DNA of 64,000 nt from Eledone cirrhosa. Lineage: Eukaryota. The notes beneath the pieces were generated by a model. It had not been told where the DNA came from, did not search any database, and was given only the letters and a program-made list of their open reading frames with translations. A program made the translations under genes and the position numbers. Every line of letters begins with the position of its first letter. The first letter of the stretch is position 1. Positions 11,040-23,499 of this stretch are shown here, in pieces. The stretch covers positions 103,292,001 to 103,356,000 of the forward strand of contig OZ024745.1 of NCBI GenBank assembly GCA_964016885.1, in the 5' to 3' direction.

Positions 11040-11820
11040 TAACTGAAGCCTTTCCTCAAACACTCACAGCTTTATATGATATGGTCTAGATATGCTCAAC
11101 TATCTATCAAATTAAATTGTTTTATTGGATGTTATGAAACTATTTAGTAACATTCTACATAATTACAGAACCAAGGCTATCAAATATTGGTTAGCTTTAT
11201 TTCCTTATCATATTGATCATATTGATAGAAAAGTTATTGTAGATGGTCTTCAGTTATTTCATATTCACTGAAACATCCTACTGACAAAACTCACTAACAA
11301 TCATTGGAACAATAATTGCACCAACACATGTCAAACCTATAAACAATCTTCATAATTTCAACTGTTTTTAAAAGAAAATTGAAAAAGATTCCTGGACAAC
11401 TGCTTTATCTTGGTAAACTGAGCAATTTTCAAAATTTCATCAATATAAACTCTCACATCCAACTCACTATGGAGATATAGTTATCCTGAACACTATATTG
11501 GTCAAACAGGTATGACAGTTTATCAAAAGGTGACAGTATGCCATTGCAGTAATGATAGTTACCATGAACATTACATTAGTCAAACAGGTATACTACTCTA
11601 ACAAAGGATGACAGTACACCATTGGCAAATTAGGGAACATAAGAACAATTATCGAGAGTCAACATATACAAGTTGTGGAGGATGAACCATGGCAAATATT
11701 GACATTTTCTTATTCTATCAATATAGTAGCACAGCAACAGAACAGCAACACATCAATAAAGAAATATATTTTATTACTAAATATGAACCAAAATTAAACA
11801 CATTATGCTTCAGTTAACAT
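11040..11820 (+). pseudogene. Decayed Penelope-like element (RT and GIY-YIG endonuclease remnants)
   Basis: RT-like fragments LFSNILHNYRTKAIKYWLALFP and IGTIIAPT. GIY-YIG-like fragments EHYIGQTG / EHYISQTGILL*QRMTVH and KEIYFITKYEPKLN. Many stops and frameshifts. Confidence 0.65.
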
Positions 11821-11974
11821 GTGACAAAGAATATTGTTCTTTTTGGCATATACATATTGGGGTTCAAATTCTTTCTACATTGATTGGTAGCCCACTATTT
11901 ATAAGAAAAACAGCATTGAGAATTAAAACAGAAGAGAATATGATTCTTTCTCCTATGCCTTTTGAAAGATTTAT

Positions 11975-12495
11975 CTAATTATGTGTTTTCTCTCATAAAA
12001 CAATTGATAGTAGAATGATCACATGTCCAGGAAATCTCTCTTTGCTGTGCTGCTGTGCTCAGTCAGGGCCATTCTCAGTAAATTGATTCATGATTTCCTT
12101 AATCTTTGTGATGCTGTTACTGATAAATTCATTGGTGAGAAATCTTTCATCATTAGCTCTGCAGAAATCTTTTCAGGTCCATTCTGGATGTGTTGTTCTT
12201 CTAACTTGTGCAGCTTTCTAATAAATAAACTCTCACCATACAATTCTGTTAACTGCACATCTTCTGCTTTTACATGCTGTATTCTTCCTGCACTGACCAG
12301 CTCGATTATTTTATTGATGACTGCTCTTCATCAGACTCCAGAAAGGTATTGCATACTTCTGGCAATAGTTTCTTCCAAACTTTTTTCATTCAGCCTAATG
12401 TTACTTTGTGCTAATCATGTTATTGATGGTTTTCATGATACAATATATCTTGATAACAAAATATCTTGCTTATCTGTTTCTTTAACAAGTTGATT
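11975..12495 (-). pseudogene. Decayed Tigger/pogo transposase C-terminal region
   Basis: Minus-strand remnants WKKLLPEVCNTF, VINKIIELV, VKAEDV and IKEIMNQFTENGPD*AQ resemble the Tigger (TIGD-type) C-terminus. The plus-strand ORF here is antisense. Confidence 0.55.
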
Positions 12496-12519
12496 GAAAA
12501 TGTATTAAAGGTAGTAGGT

Positions 12520-13262
12520 CTGGATTGGCAGTATTGGTAGAGGGTCAGACACCATGCTTTGACACATTCTGAGTTCAAATCCCACCGAGGTTAACTTTGC
12601 CTTTCATCCTTACGGGGTCGATAAAATAAAGTAACAGTAATGCACTGGGTAATTGCTGGCCTTGTGCCAAAAGTAGAAACAATTATTAGAAATGATGGCA
12701 GTGGATTGGCAGAGCATTGGGGATCATGGTTTGTGGCATAGAGTTACATTCAGAGTTCCAATCCCACTGAGGTTAGCTTTGCCTTTCATCCTTATGTTGT
12801 TGACAAAATAAAGCACCAGTAATGAATTGGGGGTCGATTTAATCAACTTTCCCCTCCACCAAAAATGTCTGGCCTTGTACCTAAATCAGAAAATATTATT
12901 AGAAAGTGGATTGGCAGTATCGGTAGAGGGTCAGACGCCATGCTTTGCAGCATAGTTACGTCCCTTTACGAACTGAGTTCAAATCCCGCCGAGGTTAACT
13001 TTGCCTTTCATCATTAGTGGTCGATAAAATAAAGTACCAGTAATGAACTGGGTAATTGCTGGCCTTGTGCCAAAAGTAAAAACAATTATTAGAAATGAGA
13101 CCATGCTTTGATGCATAGAGTTACGGCCCTTGCCATTCTGAGTTCAAATCCCACCGAGGTTAACTTTGCCTTTCATCCTTACGTGGTCGATAAAATAAAG
13201 TACCAGTAATACTCTGGTATAATTGCTGGCCTTGTGCCAAAAGTAGAAACAATTATTAGAAA
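12520..13262 (+). mobile_element. Head-to-tail cluster of four tRNA-derived SINEs (main family, about 190 bp); a fifth copy at about 13590-13800
   Basis: Repeated ggattggcagtatcggtagagggtc (A-box-like), gagttcaaatccc (B-box), ttgcctttcatccttacggggtcgataaaataaagtacc and ggccttgtgccaaaagtagaaacaattatt. Confidence 0.9.
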
Positions 13263-14464
13263 TGGTACATTGATCCATTGATAGTACCAAGGTAGTGTTG
13301 GTGGTGTTTCATGGTAAGAAATCTATTTGAACAGAAATGCAAGTTTGAAGGATATTAAGGTTTTGAGAGTAAACTTGAGCATTATCAGTCACCATAGAAG
13401 AGCAGATTTTGCAGAACAATCAGAATATAAACACAATGTTGTCACATAAAAATTTGAACTAAAGGAGAATTGAGAGAAGACTGCTAACTGGTAGTATGCC
13501 TATGTACGATGTGCTCTAATTACTTCATTGCCAATTCCTCTCAATAGTATGAGTTACAGTAAATGCACTCACATACACTCAGTTCTCTCTTGGCAGTATC
13601 GGTCGAACATCGGACATTATGCTTCACGAAAGAAAGTTATGGCCCTTTACATTCTGAGTTCAAATCCCACCGAGGCTAGCTTTGCCTTTCATCCTTACAG
13701 GGGCGATAAAATAAAGCACCTTTAATGCACTGAGGTCGATTTAATCAACTTTCTGCCCTTCCGTTCAAATTGCTGGCTTTGTGCCTAAATTAGAAACAAT
13801 TCCATTTTTATTTGAAACATATCAATTTACTCACACACAACCTCTCTTTTTTCTAATTGAGGAAACGATGTTTAGTACAAAAAATTTCCATGTTTAGCAG
13901 TACAAAATCTAAAGAAAGTTTGTGTGGTAGTGTAACATGAACGAATATGAAATAAGCTTGGCATGGGATTTTATAAGATAAAATTTATTTCTTAATAAAT
14001 TAAAATGAGTGGCAAGTGATCAACCTCTTCAGTGCCACGGACGAGATAACTCGTTCTAACATTTTCCCAACAGTTCATAACTTCAAAGTTATGAAATCGT
14101 TTCCAAAAGTTCAAACTGCACAGCAACTGTAGCTGTGTAAAATATAAGCAGCAGTCAATAGGTTAAAGCAGGTTCCTATTTTATATTCATTTCTTAAGAC
14201 GATATACTTAGGAACTTTGTGTAGTTTGTGTAAAGAGCTTTAACAAGTATTTATAAATATGGTGTTCCAGATCTGTTGAAAGTAATTCAGTTCAGATGCT
14301 TGGTTTTCAGTGAATGACCTACGATTTTATGGCCTACACATTTTTTAAAAGGTATGTTTGAGAATTGAGATGGTGGCTAAGTAAGCACTCAAACAAACGA
14401 GAAAAGAGAAAAGAGTGCTAAGTGGGTATTACTGTGTGTTTGTGTGCATATATATATATATATA

Positions 14465-14553
14465 TCTCCAAGGAAACCCTCCTTAGTTGAATTCCACTGC
14501 TTCCTATCTCTGGCCATATTGAGCCATGCGAGGCTGAGGTATCAGGTCAGATC
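14465..14553 (-). mobile_element. Very short 3' end of another RTE-like LINE in (TA)n
   Basis: Minus strand translates LSLAWLNMARDRKQWNSTKEGF, an RTE terminal W..MA.DR..W motif. TA repeats lie on both sides. Confidence 0.5.
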
Positions 14554-15112
14554 ATATATATATATAAATACATAAGTTTGTTAACCAATTTAATAGTATG
14601 TTTGCTTACCTAGAAAGCTTTTACTAATGCAATTTAGATACTCATGATGTATGCAGAACAACATTTAACTGTTCTTTCACCTTCACTCCCATCCATCTTC
14701 AGAGATGCGGAGTTAAAATGTTTTAGGGTTTGCATATGAATATACATATGGACTGCTGAAATGGAAATCTGATTTGCATGTGTGTATGTAATTATGTTAT
14801 ATTCATCTACACATACTACTTTAAATGGACTTCTGTATGCATAACAGATAAAATGAAAGACAGCAGCATCTATGTCTAATAATTTCAACTCTCATGTTTT
14901 TATTTTTTTTTTCATATTAACATTATCAAACTGATGTATATATTGATGGGAATGAACAGAGGTTATTATTTACTGAGATCTCATTTTTTTTTAAATTCAC
15001 AATCTTATTTTTTCTTTTTTTTTAATTTATGAATGCTAAGTGATTTTGGAAGATTTTGAAATCTGATAAATTTATGCCCTAATGCTTCTTAAATAATAAT
15101 AATAATAATAAC

Positions 15113-15144
<32 letters not shown>

Positions 15145-18100
15145 GGGTTTCTTTATTGGCCACAAGGGCTAACATGAAGAAAAACATTAGAGACGACACA
15201 GAACAGTACAGGGCGATACAAAGTGGGTTTTGGTCATGTAAACAGGTTATAACAAAATCGGGCTAGAAATCAAAAAAAATTCAAACAACAAAATTTCCCC
15301 CAAAAGGGGGAAACCTCCGAAGGTCACTCGTGGCGAAAACCACACAAAATGGCCACGGCCACCCTGACCACCAGGGCAAGCGCCCGCTCACAGTTTTCCC
15401 ACTCCTCAGTCTACAGGCGCATACTCAGAGCGGGCCCATTCACTCAGACCAGACTCGCCACTTTCACCCACCTTTCAACAAACTTACTAGAAGACAGCAC
15501 TTGCCTCTTCACCCTGATTTTCCTCTTCAAGTGAAACTTGAAAAAGTTAATCAGGGATTGGCCGAAGAGGAAAGTGTCCGTCTTCAACCCTTTCAACCTT
15601 GTCCACCACACAATCTCTTTCACCATGGCTACCAGGCAGATGGCAGGGCTATCTGCACAATGGACTCAGTCGATAACCGGATCCGTCCTACACGCGACAG
15701 CAGCTGTTCGACAGCTCCACAAGTCAGCAATCCTCGGGCACTGAACGAGTGCATGCAGCACGGTTTCATCGCCCTATGCGCATCTCGGACAGGCTCATCT
15801 GACAGCACCTCTGTGCTTGTAGAGATTATCCCGAACTGGCAACGCTCCCCGGTAGCACTGCCAGGCCAGGGATTTCTGGAAGTTGTCCATAGGCCCCGGC
15901 CTGAAAGTTCTCTTGAAGAGAGTGAACAGCTGATTGTCTTCGACGCCCAAGGTCTCCCCGAGAACATCGTCACTCTTTCCCTCCACTAGCCCTCTATAAA
16001 ACGCTGAGGTGGATGTTCCACCGATACTAGTGCCCAGCTGGTAGCGGGCGGTGAGTGCTTGGAGACATTCCAGCTTCCTAGTGCTATCCCGGTCTTTTCC
16101 TGATCCAGGACTGCAGCTCCGTCAAGGAGACGAGCTGGAGAAAAGCACGTCTGGCAAATGGTGACCACACCTGTTCACCATCAAGGAAGCACCAGAGATG
16201 TCACAGCCTCAGTGCATGTTTGCGCATCATCAGCCATGGCATGCCTAGTCCTCCACGTAACACCTGGATCGTCTGACCATGGGAGCACATTCCTGCCACA
16301 AAAAGCGGAAGAGAAGGTGCTCCATTTTGGTCAGAGTTGGGCATGGGCAAGGTATGGCGGTCAGGTGGTAGCACCTGACGGATGCTATGTACGCATTCGC
16401 CACCTCCGCCCGATCTTTCAGAGACAGCCTCCTGTCGGCCCATTTCTGGGTGAGAGAGGCCACCCTGCTCGTCACCTCACTCTAGTTTTTCTCCATCTGG
16501 AGGTCCGGACCGAACCAAACTCCGAGCAACTTAACCGGTCCTTCCATCCAGCTCCCCACAACGCTGTCGGACGGCATGGACTTGCTTCTCCAGGTGCCGA
16601 GTTCAAAGCCCACCGACTTTTCCTGGTTTATCTTTGCTCCTGTCACCACTTTGTATTCCTTGAGAGCGGTGCCGAGCATCTGGACGTGTTTGGTGCTCGA
16701 CACCACCACAGTGACGTCGTCGGCGTAAGCTGACACGGATCTGCCGCATCCCAGTTCGCATGGGACCCCCCTCATCATCACTAATTTGGGCAGTAACGGC
16801 TCGAGGGCCAGTGCATACAAGAGGGACAAGAGGGGGCAACCCTGGCAGACCGAGCGCATGATGATGAAAGGCTGTGACAGGTGACCATTCACCCTCACAA
16901 TCGAGCAGATGTCGCTGTGCATCGCAGCGATCCAGCCCCTAAAAGCGGGCCCGAAGCCGGCCGCCTCGAGGACCGCAGCTAGGTACCGATGGTTTAGATT
17001 GATCCAAGTTGATCAGGGCCCCACTCATGTTAGGTTTCTTAACCACCCTCTCCATGATGCATCGCATGAGATGGAGGTTGTCGTGGATGGATCTGTCCGG
17101 AATGGTGCATATCTGTGCCTCTCCCACCAGATCACCGACGACAAGCGCCAATCTCTTTGCTACACCTTAGCCAAAATGTTAAACTCTGCATTTAGCAGAG
17201 TTATGGGTCTGAAGTTGTCTATAATGTCCTCCTTGTTCAGGTCTTTTCTCAGCAGCGCCACCGCTCCCCGGCTCACAAAACTGGGAACACTCTCGTTCTG
17301 CTGCCAGTTGCAGTAGACATCTGCCAAGAGGTCATCGAACAAGTCTGGCATATACGCATAAAGCTCGTAGGGCAGACCATCCAAACCTGGCGATTTATCA
17401 CTCATGCAGTCAGACATCGCGCCCCGTATTTCACCTGCTGTTTATCGGCTTTTCGCAGCACTGCGCTGCGGTCGTTGAAAGCCACGGCAGTCCATCGAGG
17501 TATGCACCGGAGTCTATACTCCGATCCAGCCCGCCGCCGTTCCCAAACAATTGAGCAAAGAGCTTTTGAAAAGCCGCACACGTCTGCTTGGGTTCGAGCA
17601 ACATGCGTCCGTTATGATCAGGCAAAGACTGAATTGTGGACTTGTTACCACGTCGCACCTCCACCACTCGGGCCCATTGAACGGCTTTCGTCCCCTCATG
17701 TCTCAGAGCACATGCTCTAGCTCTGACAACGCAGCCTTCATGCTTTGCATTGAAGAATTGGTCGAGTGCCAATCTCGCCGCAAGCATGTCGGTTGTGATG
17801 CCTGTCCTAAACACCTCTTCTAGCATTCTAACTAACTCTACCTCTACTCTATTTTCCTCTATCTCTACTCCTTTGCTAAACCTTATCGATTCTACTCTAA
17901 TAGCCCTTTTCAGGGTAAACCACCACCTGTTGTTGACGATCGCACCCATCAAAGCACGCTTAACTAATTCACTAATCCGGTTTCTGTAAGCTTTGCGCGC
18001 CGGGAACGTGTTCAGCTTCCAGTAGCCAGGCCATTGCCTATGGAGTCTATCTAAGTCAACTTCACAGATCACAAATTTGTGATCCATGTAGTCGACCACT

Positions 18101-20487
18101 TTAAATTGTGGACAACCTACACTAGCCTTATCTGTTTCCCTACAGAATACCCTATCTAAATACGATCTGGGTGACCCGATACGGTTTGCCCATGTCTACA
18201 TTGGCACATTCAGATAATCCAGTCTATACCTTTCAGACAGTCCAAAACGCCTGAGCAGGTTGTTGAGGCTTTTACACCCTCCTGCCCTGTCTACTAGCCC
18301 CATATAATTCCAGCGTGCATCTAAGATACCGTTCCAGTCGCCCACTAACACTAAAGAGCAGGACGTTCCAAGAAAGGTCTCTAGACGTCTGAAGAAATCT
18401 GGCCATCCTGCCCCTGTTGGGGCGTAGACGGCTACTAGCCTGAAAGCATTGCCTTTGCTGCCGGTTACATCCAGCACCACCGTCTTACCTTCTGGGTCTA
18501 GGAAGATGGCCCGTATAGCGAGATCCAAGCCTCTCTGAAAAAGCACGGCAATTCCCTCCCTCGATCCTAGACTGCTGGGAGATGCGTATACATCGTAGCC
18601 GCCGAAGATCAGTGCAAAGGCTCGTGCTTCAGAGATTCTGGTCTCGCTGATGGCCACCACATCTATGTTTAGTGACCTGAGGTCGTTAAGCAGGTGACCC
18701 TGCTACTAACATGACCCTAGGCCACGTACATTTATACTGCCTATTCTAAGTACGGTCCTTTGGGATGAGAAACGGGGTAAGTGAGAAAGGATCACTTACC
18801 TTGATCGTGTGGTGAAGGGATAGTAGAACCGTCAATTTGGCTGGATGTCGGTGTATATACTCTTGGTAACCGACCCTCCGAAGTCTCCAACTGCGTTGGG
18901 GAATTTTTCTTTTAAGAGTTTGGAATGTTCTATTTTGATTTCAATGATGTTTATGTTTTTCAGGAGAGTTCTTGGTGTTGGTGGCGTGTAGTAATTTTTT
19001 TCTGTGATGTCTGTGTGCTGCTTTATATGTTGTAAGAGTTCTTTATTTGCCATGTTTATGGCTGTGTACTTTTTGGGGGGAGGGGTGATTTTGTTGCTGT
19101 TTTCTTGTTGTTGCTGTTAGGTGTGTGTGTTTTGTTGTGTTTGTGATGTTGGTGTTTTTGGTGATGCTGGTGGTGGTGTGGTTGTTGTTGGTGTTGATGC
19201 TTGTGGTGGTGATGGTCGTGGTATTGCTGCAAGTTTCCTTGCAGCCTTTACCCCTCTTTGTTTTCCCTCGCTAAGGGTTTTTTTAATTTTTGTGGCAGAC
19301 CATTTGCCACTTCCCTCCCGCCTCATACTCCATGTTGGATTCCGTGGCGTCTGGGAGGGGTATGAGCTCCACTGCTGTTGGGGTGGTAGTGGAGCCCGCT
19401 CCAGCGATTTTTCCCCCGGTGTAGCACTTTGACCCTCACAATTTCCTGCCCATAGTAGGAGGGCACTAAGACTATCTCCTCACTCTTTAGGGTTTCCAAA
19501 GAGTGAGACTTCGCCTCTTGCGGGTGGTGAAAAGTGCGTCTACTGTGGCGTACTTTTTGCCTCGGGTGATGTGGATTTTGCGCACTTAGATGCACTCTAA
19601 GGCCTTTGGGATTTGAGCCTCCATGGCTCTCTCCACCCCATGTGACATTTTGCTTACAGTGCGGTAAGTCACCGTGCGCAGCTGCTGATCTTTGAAGAAA
19701 TCAGGTGGAGGTTTCAGGGAAACTCTATTGTCATTTCTTGACACCATGGCTCTTGTGACTGCCATCTCCTCCTCCGTGACTAGCACTGTCTCTATATTTC
19801 GGGCCAGATCTGCGAAAGAAGTGGGCCCTTTTTCAGCGGCACCATTATTGCTGCCGCTACTGCTGCTACTGGTCTTGTTGTTGGTGCTATTGCTGTTGCT
19901 ACTGCTACAAACGGTGTTGTTGGTGTTGTTGCTGTTATCACTGTTGTAGTTGGTTGTGGTTTTTGGTGCCACCGTTGTTGTTGTTTTCGGTTCAATTTGT
20001 ATTGTTGCTGTTGGTGTTGGTATTGTTTATTTACTTGTTAGTGGTGTTAATATCGTTGTTGCATTTGTTGTCATTTCTTCTGTTGTCTGTATTTTGGTTG
20101 TCGCTGTTATTGTTGTAGTCGGTGTGGTAATTTTTTTAAAATTAGTGTTCTCAGTATTGTTGTCTTTGTTCACGTTGTTTGTGGTGGTGTTTGTTGTATG
20201 AATTTCTGTAACCCTCCTCTCAACTTTTACGCCGTTGTCACATGACAGCAGACATATTGTTGGGGGCGTGGCTCAGCCATTGTTTTTTTTTATTTTTAAA
20301 AGTAAAATGTTCAAATAGTAATCAAATATTTGGGCCAAAAGGCCCAAATACTATACTTTCCCCTTCACAGGGCAAAGTCCAAGGGCTTATATCCCTTACA
20401 CAACAAGAAAAATTTAACAACAAATAATTATAACAGGTAAATAAAGCAACTTACTGGGAGAGAGCCAAAAAGACGTCCGAACAGACC
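15145..20487 (-). mobile_element. Near full-length, decayed Tx1/L1-clade LINE (ORF1 and ORF2 remnants) inserted in (AAT)n
   Basis: APE: INVRGL, VAISETR, LVAVYAPTG, LVGDWNG, MDHKFV. RT: SPGLDGLPYELY, NFRPITLLNAEFNILAKV, QGCPLLSLLYALALEPLL, SAYADDVT. C-terminal CPRC...ETVLHALVQC zinc finger. Low-complexity N/T/P-rich ORF1 at about 18830-20260. AATAAA at 15152-15157 (-). (aat)n at 15092-15144 and 20488-20510. Confidence 0.9.
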
Positions 20488-20663
20488 AATAATAATAATA
20501 ATAATAATAAAACAAGAAGAAGAAAATATATAGTTAAAAAGTATTTCATTATGGACATCTTTCTAAATGATTCTTTTTATTGAGGCTTGCTTATTCCTGC
20601 TGAAATATAGAACTGATTCGATACATTTATGGAGAAATATTTGTGGGATAGTATCAACTATAC

Positions 20664-23486
20664 ATGTATATCAGTCAAATAGATTATATCCTTACCAGAA
20701 GACGTGACAGAGTGTCTATCGTAAACACTAAATCCCTCTCCCATGAAGAATGTACATCCCAACATAGCCTCATAGTTAGCGACCTCATAGTCAGGACGAG
20801 GCGTACTCGACAACAGAGGAGGACTATCCTCAGGAGAAAAATATGGAAGTTAAAGGACCCCACAGCCAGTAATAAATTTAAAAGCATATTACTTGATGCT
20901 TTTGACAGTAAGGAAGAGCAATTAGAGTCGTACAATATAGAGGAACAGTGGGAATTCCTGAAAGCTAACCTGTTGAAGGTGACAGATGAAACCTGTAGCT
21001 GGAACAGACCTAGAGGCAGGAGGAGAGTAACATGCTGGTGGAACAGTAAGGTGGAGGAGTCAATCAAGGCCACAAAGCAGGCTTGGAAAGTATGGGGGGA
21101 TGGGGGAAGTAGAGGACACTATTAAGTAGCCAGGAGGGAAGCTAGGAGACAAGTGTACTTCGCAAGAAGGGAAGAAGAGGAAAGAAAGTTCAAGCATGTT
21201 CTACAACGCGAGGACCAAAAACGTGAGGACCAAAAACGTGAGGGGTTCAGGATTGTTAGGCAATGTGTCAAGGAAAACCGTGATATTGTCGGGGAGAAGT
21301 GTGTCCGTAATGATGATGGTATACTTGCCATCACTGACACTGATAAGAAGGTAGCTTGGAAGTGTCACTACGAAAGGCTACTAAATGAGTTAGAATAAAT
21401 GGGAGAAAGACAGTCTCCCCCACATCGATCCAATAGAGGGATCAGCAGTGCAAGTTGAAGGTAGTATAATAAGTAAGGCAATCAAAGATATGAAGACGGG
21501 CAAGGCGGCTGAGCCTTCAGAAATAGTTGCTGAAATGCTGAAAGCATCTGGAACGGTGGGACACACTATGGTCACCCGGATAGTAAACCAAGTCATACAG
21601 AATGGGGTCATACCAAAGGACTGGCGTAGCAGCATCATCATTAACTGCTACAAGGGTAAAGGAGATGCCTTAGCTAGGGGAAACTATAGAGGAATTAAAT
21701 TAATTGACCAGGTCATGAAGGTCACAGAAAAAGTAATAGCGCAACTAATCAGAGAGCAAATTGATCTAGATGAAATGCAGTTCGGGTTTCTGTCAGGTAA
21801 AAGTACCACAGACGCTCTTTTCATTGTACGACAACTACAGGAAAGTACCAAGCTAAAAGTAAACCCCCTATACTTAGCTTTCGTTGACTTGGAGAAAGCC
21901 TTTGACAGAGTCCCACGCCCCATTATCTCGTGGGCTCTCAGAAAACTAGGTGTTGATGAATGGCTTGTGAGAGCTATACAAGCCATGTATAAAGAAACAG
22001 TCAGCAAGGTTAGACTTAACAACGAATATAATGAAGAGTTTAGCTTAAAAGTTGGTGTTCATCAGGGTTCCATCCTTAGCCCCCTCCTATTTATTATCGC
22101 CCTCCAAGCTATAATGGAGGAGTTCAAGACCGGCTGCCCATGGGAACTTCTATACGCAGATGATCTAACGCTCATAGCCAAATCAATGGCTGAACTAGAG
22201 AAGAAATTTGAAACATGGAAGCATGGCCTAGAATCAAAAGGCCTTAAAATTAACTTGTCTCAGACTAAAGTTCTAATATGTAGGAAGGAGAATAGGGCAG
22301 TGGTCCCATCTGGGAAATGGCCATGCTCAGTGTGTAGGAAAGGAGTAGGCAGAAACTCCATTTTATGTCCCAAATGCAAGGTATGGGTGCATAAAAGATG
22401 TAGTGGGATCACAGGTAAGCTAACTAAGAATATAGATTTTATATGTGGCTGGTGCTTTGGTGCAATAAGTAGCAGCAAGTGCCCACAGAATACTAGCTCA
22501 TTCCATTGCCCAGATGGTTCTATAGAAATAGTGGACACCTTCCGTAACCTGGGTGAAAAAATCAGCAGTGGTGGAGAGTGCTCCGAAAGTACTGTGGCTA
22601 GAGTCCGAACGGGATGGAAAAAGTTCAGAGAGCTTATACCACTATTGGCCGCTAAAGGGTTCTCCCTAAAAATGAAAGGCAGGCTGTATGATGCCTGCAT
22701 TCGAACAGCGATGTTACATGGCAGTGAGATATGGGCCTTGTGTGCAGAGGATATACGCAGACTGGAGAGGAACGAAGCTAGCATGCTCCGTTGGATGTGT
22801 AATAGTAACGGCAAAGCATAAAAGAACTAAGTGAGAAATTAGGAATAAGAGGGATCAGATGCTGTTTACCCAAGAGAAGACTACATTGGTATGGTCACGT
22901 GATGCACATGAAAGATGAGAGCTGTATAAAAAAGTGCAGGGCGATCAAAATAGACAGTAGCCACGGAGTAGGCAGACCCAGAAAAACCTGGGATGACTTG
23001 ATAAATTCTGACCTCACACACTTACACCTCTCCAAGACAATGTCACTGGACCGAGATCTTTGGCGCTATGCAGTAATACAGAAGACCCGCCTTGCCTAAG
23101 TACAAAGCAAAACCTACAGTCAGTAGGCACCTCTTAACCAAAATACACCCCCATCCTACTACCCCTACCCCACCGCCATCTACACCACCCCTTTCGATGT
23201 AAAGCTATGTTGGTACCATAAGATCCAGTCCTAAATAAATGAGGTCGTGTAGGTGTTACGACAAAAAAACACACAGTCCACGCTGTAATGTGGCCATGTA
23301 GGTAACACGGTAAAAACCTTCCAGTCCACACTGTAAACGTGGTTGGTGTTAGGAAGGCCATCCAGCCGTAGAAAACCTGCCAGACAGTCCCGAGCAAGAC
23401 AACCAATCTTGCTTCAAGTTGGACAATTCCCGTCCAGACCCATGCTAGCGTGGAAGATGGACGTTAAACGATGATGATGATGATGC
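20664..23486 (+). mobile_element. 5'-truncated, inactive RTE LINE with PHD finger, 3' UTR and (GAT)n tail
   Basis: APE end QIDYILTR. RT motifs NYRGIKL, FVDLEKAFDRV, GVHQGSILSPLLF, LLYADD. Stops at about 21123 and 21396 and a frameshift near 22820. Tail ggacgttaaacgatgatgatgatg. Confidence 0.92.
21448..22821 (+). pseudogene. Residual RT plus PHD reading frame of the RTE LINE
   Basis: 457-aa ORF with YADD and the C4HC3 motif CSVC...CPKC..WVHKRC...CGWC. Confidence 0.85.
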
Positions 23487-23499
23487 TATATATATATAT

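Noticed and set aside
12023-12493. 156-aa plus-strand ORF as a host gene
   Set aside because: It is antisense to a decayed Tigger-like transposase and has no recognisable domain.
12520-12600. tRNA gene
   Set aside because: A and B boxes are present but there is no cloverleaf. It is the head of a multi-copy SINE.
14645-14710. Minus-strand CUGAAGA...GAAA hammerhead candidate
   Set aside because: No stem II or stem I pairing, and the cleavage triplet would be CUG.
15330-17316. Plus-strand ORFs of 135-219 aa
   Set aside because: These are antisense frames of the GC-richer Tx1 ORF2.
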